A stretch of 64,000 nucleotides of DNA from a virus (taxonomy: Duplodnaviria; Heunggongvirae; Uroviricota; Caudoviricetes): IMG/VR virus record IMGVR_UViG_3300037466_002980, positions 170,811-234,810 of that record, one strand, 5' to 3'. The translations under genes were made by a program, and so were the position numbers. The notes under the pieces are model-generated. The model was not told the DNA's origin. It did not search any database and worked only from the letters and a program-made list of their open reading frames with translations. Below are positions 6,330 through 12,725 of the stretch, in pieces; the first letter of the stretch is position 1; every line of letters starts with the position of its first letter.

Positions 6330-6452
6330 TGGTCTCGCCTGAGGGAATCGAACCCCCTCCTCTCCCTTCTGATGGAATTGAAATTTAGTGCTGAACGAAT
6401 TCTTAGACAGAATTGCTTTCGTTTAGCGTGCTAGCCGTTACACCAAGGCGAA
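6330..6452 (-). ncRNA. CCA-ended tRNA-like RNA with the CAGCA helix inserted in the anticodon stem
   Basis: Acceptor TTCGCCT/AGGCGAG-A-CCA; normal D and T arms; about 45-50 nt insertion containing AATTCTG-TCTA-AGAATT-CGTTCAGCAC. Confidence 0.75.
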
Positions 6453-6532
6453 AAATATGGCAGGCCCTCATGAATCCGAGTATAAGGTTTTGGACATCAT
6501 AGTGACATCGGGAGCGCCTATAAAATCATTAC

Positions 6533-6608
6533 TGGTAGGGGCACTGGGACTCGAACCCAAGAACTCACGGTTTAAGAGACCGGTACGTTACCATTACGCC
6601 ATACCCCC
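6533..6608 (-). tRNA. tRNA-Lys(CTT)
   Basis: CCGGT-CT CTT AA-ACCGT; CCA. Confidence 0.95.
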
Positions 6609-6610
6609 AA

Positions 6611-6671
6611 ATCGAAATAGCGGCTTTCAAGACCGGTTTCAATAAATTTTGCAAATTTAATATATTTCGAT
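6611..6671 (-). ncRNA. small three-way-junction RNA bearing two anticodon-like arms
   Basis: ATCGAAATA/TATTTCGAT closes TAAAT-TT GCA AA-ATTTA and CGGT-CT TGA AA-GCCG. Confidence 0.55.
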
Positions 6672-6678
6672 CAAAAAT

Positions 6679-6757
6679 TGGCGTCCCTACGGGGATTCGA
6701 ACCCACGCTTTTTACCTTGAAAGGGTAACGTCCTCAAACCATATAGACGATAGAGAC
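6679..6757 (-). tRNA. tRNA-Glu(TTC)
   Basis: TTACC-CT TTC AA-GGTAA; G73; CCA. Confidence 0.92.
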
Positions 6758-6768
6758 AAGAAAAATAT

Positions 6769-6843
6769 TGGCATCCCGTAGGGGTTTCGATCCTTCTCAT
6801 TAGTTTGAAGGACTAACGGCCACGGCCAGCTGCCTCACGGGAT
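6769..6843 (-). tRNA. atypical tRNA with loop CCTTCAA (TTC with C33); identity uncertain
   Basis: Acceptor ATCCCGT/ACGGGAT-G-CCA; TTAGT/ACTAA stem; T loop ATCGAAA. Confidence 0.6.
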
Positions 6844-6844
6844 A

Positions 6845-7144
6845 TTAAGGAATATAATCGAAAGGTCTATGATACTGATCTTTTCGATTATCCATATAAT
6901 TCATTATAAAAATTTGTGGAATTATGTGCATTCCTGGATCAAGTCGAAGTTTGAAAAATTCTAAACAGTCGTTCTCTTTTAATTCAACCTCAAAAATATT
7001 TCCATCAAAAATTCTAGCCAGAGAGTTATATCGAAATTCTATTTTCTTAACACCTAATCTTATTCTTGTTTTTTCGTAATCCGGCCAGTCATCGGCGGGA
7101 TAATTAACCGAAATTTCAATACCGATATATAAAATTCTAGACAT
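6845..7144 (-). CDS. hypothetical protein
   Basis: 99-aa ORF exactly filling the gap between tRNAs. Confidence 0.65.
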   Translation of the reverse strand: MSRILYIGIEISVNYPADDWPDYEKTRIRLGVKKIEFRYNSLARIFDGNIFEVELKENDCLEFFKLRLDPGMHIIPQIFIMNYMDNRKDQYHRPFDYIP

Positions 7145-7158
7145 GGTTGAATTATTAA

Positions 7159-7233
7159 TGGTGCTCCCGAAAGGAATCGAACCTTACGTCTTCGCGTTAT
7201 CAGCACGCTGCTCTGCCATTGAGCTACAGGAGC
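7159..7233 (-). tRNA. tRNA-Ile(GAT)
   Basis: Loop CT GAT AA; CCA. Confidence 0.92.
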
Positions 7234-7248
7234 AAAATTAAAATAGGA

Positions 7249-7385
7249 CAGGATCACTTTTTACGTTGCTCTACCAAACTGAGCTATTGCTTCGTTAAAT
7301 GTAACAAAAATACACTTAACGAAGCAAGTGGGATTTGAACCCACGACCTACGGCTTGACATGCTAATGATTGCTGCAGGGATCCT
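7249..7385 (-). ncRNA. circularly permuted tRNA-like RNA closed by the CAGCA helix (Y/YrlA-like architecture)
   Basis: AGGATC...GATCCT-G helix; T arm GTGGG-TTCAAAT-CCCAC precedes a loop-closed 12-bp acceptor and D arm GCTC-AGTTTGGTA-GAGC. Confidence 0.8.
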
Positions 7386-7393
7386 TTAAAAAC

Positions 7394-7468
7394 TGGTCAG
7401 GGAGCACAGAATCGAACTGTGTCTACGAGGCTCCAAAGCTCGGCGGCTAACCATTACCATACACCCTG
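7394..7468 (-). tRNA. tRNA-Pro(TGG)
   Basis: C1-G72; loop TT TGG AG; CCA. Confidence 0.92.
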
Positions 7469-7565
7469 AAAAACTTTGGTAGATTATATACGCCATCATA
7501 CCGGGGCAATTATCTAATGTAATAATGCAGATTGGAATAGGAAGTCTTTCTATATTACATCTAAC

Positions 7566-7643
7566 TGGAGCTCCCAGAAGGAATCAAACCTTCATCCACG
7601 GACTACAAAACCGTTATAATCTAATCCATTATACTATAGGAGC
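7566..7643 (-). tRNA. tRNA-Thr(TGT)
   Basis: Loop TT TGT AG; acceptor GCTCCTA/TGGGAGC; CCA. Confidence 0.85.
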
Positions 7644-7650
7644 AAAAAGT

Positions 7651-7726
7651 TGGCGCCGCCAAGGAGGATCGAACTCCTACTACAACCGTGACAGGGTCGC
7701 GTGCAGTACCACTACACTATGGCGGC
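7651..7726 (-). tRNA. tRNA-Asp(GTC)
   Basis: CGACC-CT GTC AC-GGTTG; G73; CCA. Confidence 0.95.
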
Positions 7727-7902
7727 AAATTGGTCTAGGTATCCAGTATATTTCTATAGTAACCAGGTAACCCAGATGAAATTAGACAAGCTTCACACTT
7801 GATTGAACGTTCCATTCGCTTACTGCAACGTCTAAGCTTCGCTCGGTTTCTCTCGCGCCTTTAACATTCTAGCAAGCGCGGCTATGTACACAGAGAGAAA
7901 TT

Positions 7903-7978
7903 TGGTGGACCAGGAGGGAATCGAACCCTACTTACAATTTCCTTGCAAGGGAAACCAGTAACCCCATTACTCAAGCCC
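7903..7978 (-). tRNA. tRNA-Ala(TGC)
   Basis: TTTCC-CT TGC AA-GGAAA; G3.U70 pair; atypical D arm; CCA. Confidence 0.85.
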
Positions 7979-7985
7979 ATAATTC

Positions 7986-8070
7986 TGGTGGAGTAGCTAG
8001 GAATCGAACCTAGATGATCAGTGATGACAGTTTTACAGACTGCCCCGCCTCCATAACGGTCTACTACTCC
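7986..8070 (-). tRNA. tRNA-Tyr(GTA), first tRNA of the array
   Basis: GCAGT-CT GTA AA-ACTGT; long V arm; CCA. Confidence 0.92.
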
Positions 8071-8271
8071 AAAACACTCTTTCGAATGTTGATATTAAAA
8101 TACACCATTTTTGATATATTTTAATATCCTAGATTTTTACCACCTACGTTATCTCCATAGGCTTCTCATCTTCTAGTACGCCCTCATTAATAGCTAGATG
8201 TTTTTACGGTGCCTGGCAGGATCGCGTTTCCTATACACACCGTCCATAATACGTCCTTAGACTTAACATGG

Positions 8272-8304
8272 AAATAAAAAAGCCGCTTAGTTTCCTAGCG
8301 GCTT
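8272..8304 (-). terminator. intrinsic terminator in the tRNA-array leader (attenuator)
   Basis: AAGCCGCT-AGGAAACTA-AGCGGCTT followed by TTTTATTT on the minus strand. Confidence 0.85.
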
Positions 8305-8364
8305 CCTTATATAAACTTTCTAGATTTACTTTATGTATTTCTAGTCTCCTTATATAAGGAAGCC
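8300..8364 (-). promoter_or_regulatory. antiterminator helix overlapping the terminator 5' arm
   Basis: Perfect 15-bp inverted repeat 8300-8314 / 8350-8364 (GGCTTCCTTATATAA). Confidence 0.75.
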
Positions 8365-8480
8365 TTGGTAGGGTTTTGTTCAATCTCTGTACTATTACCT
8401 GCCCAATAAAATCCACAGAGATGCATACGATCTAACATCGCATCTACTGTCGGTTTATTAAAACGGTTAATGTAATTCAT
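8331..8480 (-). CDS. 49-aa leader peptide containing all 20 amino acids (putative attenuator leader)
   Basis: SD TAGGA-5 nt-ATG; MNYINRFNKPTVDAMLDRMHLCGFYWAGNSTEIEQNPTKASLYKETRNT*; below the ORF-track size cut-off. Confidence 0.75.
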   Translation of the reverse strand: MNYINRFNKPTVDAMLDRMHLCGFYWAGNSTEIEQNPTKASLYKETRNT

Positions 8481-8539
8481 TTTATTCCTAAAAACTCTCT
8501 ACTGCACAGACCCATTCTATGCAATGTTTATTTATCTCA

Positions 8540-8568
8540 ATTGTAGCAAACGTTTTAATCTACGTCAA
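8540..8568 (-). promoter_or_regulatory. sigma70 promoter for the leader and tRNA array
   Basis: TTGACG-17 nt-TACAAT with extended -10 TG; late-type GATAAATA immediately downstream (8529-8536). Confidence 0.8.
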
Positions 8569-8691
8569 CTATATCAAGATGATTTACAATTAATTCTGGC
8601 TACTTAAAAGTTATAGAAAATCTGCTAAGTTACAACGGTTATCTTCTGTAAACAGATATATATTCGCCTTCAATTTTATTTATCATCGACG

Positions 8692-8720
8692 ATTTTACAC
8701 ATACTTAATATAGGTGTCAA
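8692..8720 (-). promoter_or_regulatory. sigma70-like promoter
   Basis: TTGACA-17 nt-TAAAAT, again followed by GATAAATA (8677-8684). Confidence 0.7.
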
Positions 8721-8817
8721 ATCGCATCTTTTATTGTTTTAGATAGGTGCCGATCCACTATCAATTTATATCGGATGTTAAGTTTTCTTCTATTCATCAC
8801 CATAAAACAATATCGCA

Positions 8818-8845
8818 ATTATATATAATTAATTCAGTGTGTCAA
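8818..8845 (-). promoter_or_regulatory. sigma70-like promoter
   Basis: TTGACA-16 nt-TATAAT. Confidence 0.6.
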
Positions 8846-8864
8846 GTGGTTTATCAATTTCCAA

Positions 8865-8885
8865 TATTTATCAATGTGATAAATA
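8865..8885. promoter_or_regulatory. back-to-back late promoter motifs
   Basis: TATTTATCA-ATG-TGATAAATA inverted pair at the divergence point between the tRNA array and the neck genes. Confidence 0.6.
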
Positions 8886-8902
8886 ATAGAAAATGAGGTA
8901 AT

Positions 8903-9559
8903 ATGAATAATTTCTATGTGTATGCTTATATCCGAAGTAAAGATAGCAAAACTGCGAAAGCAGGCACACCATATTATATTGGAAAAGGAACTGAAAATCG
9001 AAGGTTTCGAAAACATGTCAACATATCAATACCTAACAAAAATTTTATTCTTATAATTGAAAATGATCTTACTGAAATTGGTGCATTAGCTATAGAACGT
9101 AGATTAATTAAATGGTGGGGAAGAAAGAATACAGGAACAGGCATTCTTCTAAATAGAACAGATGGTGGTGAAGGAATCTCTGGTTATAAGCATACAGAAA
9201 ATGCTAAAAATAGAATCGGTCAGGCATCTATAGGCAGAAATAAGGGACCAAAAATACTCTCAAACGAAACAAAAAGAAAAATATCGACTTCATTGAAAGG
9301 AAAGAAAAAGCCACCAAGGACAAAAGAACATGCTTTGAAAATATCAGAAGCACTCAAAGGAAAAATTTGCAATGACCTCGAAATTGAACAACTAAACAAA
9401 ATGGTTGAAAAAATTAAGGTTCCTGTTCAAATCTTCGGAAAACAATATTCATCGATAACCGAAGCATCCTTGGCCTTAAATATACATCATGAAACGATAA
9501 GATATAGATTAAAATCCAAAAATTATCCAGAATATATACAAGAGAAAAAAAATGCCTAG
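8903..9559 (+). CDS. GIY-YIG homing endonuclease with NUMOD3-like repeats
   Basis: FYVYAY...[17 protein letters not shown], KRKISxSLKG repeats. Confidence 0.9.
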   Translation: MNNFYVYAYIRSKDSKTAKAGTPYYIGKGTENRRFRKHVNISIPNKNFILIIENDLTEIGALAIERRLIKWWGRKNTGTGILLNRTDGGEGISGYKHTENAKNRIGQASIGRNKGPKILSNETKRKISTSLKGKKKPPRTKEHALKISEALKGKICNDLEIEQLNKMVEKIKVPVQIFGKQYSSITEASLALNIHHETIRYRLKSKNYPEYIQEKKNA

Positions 9560-10805
9560 AATATCCTTATGGAATCCTCAAAAAACAAATGATTATAATT
9601 TCATCGATAAAACAATCGGTGAAAATTTCAGAATTGCTGGATTAGGAATTCTTGTTCATATGTATCAAGGTCCTACAACTGATTCAAACGGAAACACAAA
9701 TACATCTTTAACAACCATTCAAGATGTTCTTTTCCTACAAAACAACAATAGAAAATATGATCCAAACGTTATTGAATTAAAGGGTCATTACACTCCGCAA
9801 GATGTTAATTTTGATTTATCACAATTTGGAGTCTTCTTAAGTTCTGATGTTATCCGAATCCAATTTCATTTTAATGATATGATAGATGCATTAGGAAGAA
9901 AACTCATTGCAGGTGATGTCTTAGAACTACCAAATATGTTTGATACTCCTATTTTCGATAATGCCGTTGGAATTAATCAATATTATGTTATTCAGGATGC
10001 ATTATATGCTGCTGGAGGCTATGGCCAAAAATGGTATCCACACTTATGGTTGGTAAGAGCAAAACTTCTACAAGCATCTCCGGAATACAAAGAAATCCTT
10101 AATCAAGCATCAACAGGACAAACTGCTGGTGGTGCAGGTCAAAGTATTGGAATTATGCCAGAGGGATTTACAGATACAACAGATTCAAATGGAAATCCAG
10201 GTATAGGAGAAAATCCGAATATTACGAATTCATTAAACTTGTTCTGCCAAATTATTGGTCTCACTGATGAAATTATCAAAGAAGCTGAGTGCAATGCATT
10301 TTTTGATCCTAAATTCTTTGAGAGTGCAAATTTATATATATACATTGATTCAAACACCGGTTATCCAGTAATCGGAAGTAATTATTTCAGTGGTGACGGT
10401 GCACCACCTAATTATTCTACCGACCTAAATGATGATCTAGTTCCTAGTGGACCATTGGTTGGTGCAGGCATTAGTTTTCCGACCGATATGCAAGATGGAC
10501 AATATTATTTAAGAATTGATTATTATCCAGAAAGATTATTTCAAAAGCAAGGAAATTGTTTTAAATTAATTGAGGTAAACGTTTTGAAAAATTGGACTGC
10601 ATACAACAGAGTATTGGATACATTTATCGATAATATCAATGATACAACTCTTTCAGATGGAACTGTTGTTCCAGAAAAACAAGCTGTTTCGACAATTGTT
10701 AAACAGAAGGTTGATCTGTATGCTGAGAGAAAGAAACAAACAACCGATAACGAAGCTGCTAGATCTAAGATTGCCGATGATAGAGCTGCCAATCGCGGTT
10801 ATTAA
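9552..10805 (+). CDS. neck/head-tail connector protein (T4 gp14-like)
   Basis: FDLSQFG...LGRKLIAGDVLELP motif; position before the tail-completion gene. Confidence 0.7.
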   Translation: MPRISLWNPQKTNDYNFIDKTIGENFRIAGLGILVHMYQGPTTDSNGNTNTSLTTIQDVLFLQNNNRKYDPNVIELKGHYTPQDVNFDLSQFGVFLSSDVIRIQFHFNDMIDALGRKLIAGDVLELPNMFDTPIFDNAVGINQYYVIQDALYAAGGYGQKWYPHLWLVRAKLLQASPEYKEILNQASTGQTAGGAGQSIGIMPEGFTDTTDSNGNPGIGENPNITNSLNLFCQIIGLTDEIIKEAECNAFFDPKFFESANLYIYIDSNTGYPVIGSNYFSGDGAPPNYSTDLNDDLVPSGPLVGAGISFPTDMQDGQYYLRIDYYPERLFQKQGNCFKLIEVNVLKNWTAYNRVLDTFIDNINDTTLSDGTVVPEKQAVSTIVKQKVDLYAERKKQTTDNEAARSKIADDRAANRGY

Positions 10806-10819
10806 AGGAACTTTTAAAA

Positions 10820-12268
10820 TTGGATTTCTTTTACGATTCTCAAATAAGACGATATCTTGTTCAATTTATGAGAATTTTCTCTGATATGAAAATTCGAATT
10901 GGACCGGATGCCAATGGACTTTTTTCTATACAGAGAGTTCCAATTTTATATGGTGATCCATCATGGATGGTTTCACAATTAATTAAAGGAGCAAGTCAAA
11001 ATACATTGCTTCCTTCTCCAATGTTTAGTGTATGGATTGAAAATATTAAACACGAACCAAAGAGAAGACAAGATCCACAATATGTTGGTAAGGTTTCTAC
11101 AGTAGAAAGAAGTTATAATTATCAAACAGATACCTACGGACAGGACCCTGGTGTACGACAAGATGTTGAAAGATACATGCCTGTACCATACGATATGTTT
11201 TTTAGATTAGATGTATGGACAACAAATACAACCATTAAATTACAAATTTTTGAACAGATTTGTATGATATTTAATCCTTCATTACAACTCCAACAAAATA
11301 GTAATCTTTTAGATTGGACAAGTATTTTTGAGGTTTGGCTAGAAGATGTTATTTGGACAAATAGAAGTATTCCACAAGGTTCCGATGATACTCGTGATGT
11401 GATGAGCTTTAAATTTAAGATACAAGGATGGATTAATCCTCCAGCCAAATTAAAACGAAGTGGTCTAATCGCAGAAATAGTTACGCAGGTTTTTAACACC
11501 AGTGAAGTCCAGAGTATTCGTGATAGTATCGAAGAAGGTATCGAATACGATCCATTTAGTTGTTTAGATCAAATTCCAATTCAAATTATTACAACCGAAG
11601 GGGATTATAAGATTTCGGTTGCGAAGGGAAATTCCTCTGATCTAATTACTCTCTTAAACGAAAATGGAGAAATAGATCCAACACTAAGTTGGCCAGATTT
11701 AATCCAAAAATACGGACAGATCACACCTAATATTACAAAAATAAGATTGAAATTAGATCCGAATATTGAGGTAGATACTTCTGATATTATTGGAACAATA
11801 AGTCAAGATCCTAATCATCAAAACATTTTATTCTTTACACCCGATATAGATACATTACCACCTACGACACTTACACCTATCACAACAATTATTGATCCTG
11901 TTGAAGTTACACCGGGAAATGGATTACCTGCTGCTACCGCTGGACAACGTTATCTATTAACATCAGCCGACAGTGCGGGTGAAGAACCTGCAATTCCTCC
12001 AAATGTATCAACAAGTCCATGGGGACAGATGCTGATTGCCTATCCAAATGACATTATCGAATATAATGGTATAAATTGGTTTGTTGCTTTTGATTCAAGA
12101 AATTCTATTGGAAAAAATTATGTTATAAATAATGCAAACGGTAGTCAATATATGTTTGACGGTAAAGACTGGACATATACCTATTATGGCATGTATAATC
12201 CAGGCTACTGGAGAATTGATAATATCATTTCTGCACCAAACGGAACTACAGTTAACAATTACGAATAA
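10820..12268 (+). CDS. tail sheath stabilizer/completion protein (T4 gp15-like)
   Basis: FFYDSQIRRY...RVPILYG...PVPYD...QIFEQI...FNP motifs; TTG start. Confidence 0.8.
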   Translation: MDFFYDSQIRRYLVQFMRIFSDMKIRIGPDANGLFSIQRVPILYGDPSWMVSQLIKGASQNTLLPSPMFSVWIENIKHEPKRRQDPQYVGKVSTVERSYNYQTDTYGQDPGVRQDVERYMPVPYDMFFRLDVWTTNTTIKLQIFEQICMIFNPSLQLQQNSNLLDWTSIFEVWLEDVIWTNRSIPQGSDDTRDVMSFKFKIQGWINPPAKLKRSGLIAEIVTQVFNTSEVQSIRDSIEEGIEYDPFSCLDQIPIQIITTEGDYKISVAKGNSSDLITLLNENGEIDPTLSWPDLIQKYGQITPNITKIRLKLDPNIEVDTSDIIGTISQDPNHQNILFFTPDIDTLPPTTLTPITTIIDPVEVTPGNGLPAATAGQRYLLTSADSAGEEPAIPPNVSTSPWGQMLIAYPNDIIEYNGINWFVAFDSRNSIGKNYVINNANGSQYMFDGKDWTYTYYGMYNPGYWRIDNIISAPNGTTVNNYE

Positions 12269-12272
12269 CTAA

Positions 12273-12725
12273 ATGACCAATTTCAATACTTCACAAAAAA
12301 TAGGAGTGGGAACAATTTTTGTTTCGACCAAAACTCAACGCATACTTCTGAATCTTAGAGCACCCCATAAAACACATTCGATGTGTTGGTCATTATGGGG
12401 CGGTATGGTGGAACAAGGTGAACAACCTAAGGAAGCACTTCTCCGAGAATTATCAGAGGAAATGGGATCTATTCCGGATATTGAACGAATTTATCCCTTT
12501 GATATCTATCATAGCAAGGATAAACATTTTCGATATTATACTTTCGTATGTGTCGTTGAAGAGGAATTTATTCCGGAATTAAATATTGAAAGTGCTGGTT
12601 ATGCATGGATTGACTTAGGACAATGGCCAAAACCAATGCATCAAGGGGCTAAAATTAGTTTCTGCAATCTCAAAGCAATTGAAAAGATAAAATTAATTAT
12701 CAATCAACATTCGAATTCTCAATAA
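12273..12725 (+). CDS. NUDIX hydrolase
   Basis: GGMVEQGEQPKEALLRELSEEMG Nudix box. Confidence 0.9.
   Translation: MTNFNTSQKIGVGTIFVSTKTQRILLNLRAPHKTHSMCWSLWGGMVEQGEQPKEALLRELSEEMGSIPDIERIYPFDIYHSKDKHFRYYTFVCVVEEEFIPELNIESAGYAWIDLGQWPKPMHQGAKISFCNLKAIEKIKLIINQHSNSQ

Noticed and set aside
6330-6452. Group I intron in a tRNA anticodon loop
   Set aside because: The insert is only about 50 nt, lies in the stem rather than the loop, and lacks P/Q/R/S core elements
6769-6843. Opal suppressor or Sec tRNA implying genome recoding
   Set aside because: In the standard register the anticodon is TTC, and long genes are intact in the standard code, with TAA, TAG and TGA all used as stops
1394-7385. preQ1-I riboswitches (AGGTTC... 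followed by an A-rich tail)
   Set aside because: The helix encloses tRNA-like domains and the A-tract lies inside it rather than after it, which does not fit the compact preQ1-I fold
940-7770. Track ORFs 940..1344, 2484..2702, 6063..6254, 6457..6645, 7060..7257 and 7525..7770
   Set aside because: They are antisense to, or overlap, clear tRNA genes or structured RNA candidates; treated as shadow ORFs
8231-8416. Track ORF of 61 aa (MDFIGQ...) as the leader peptide
   Set aside because: It has no SD, starts at a GTG inside the better-supported 8331-8480 ORF in another frame, and runs through the terminator
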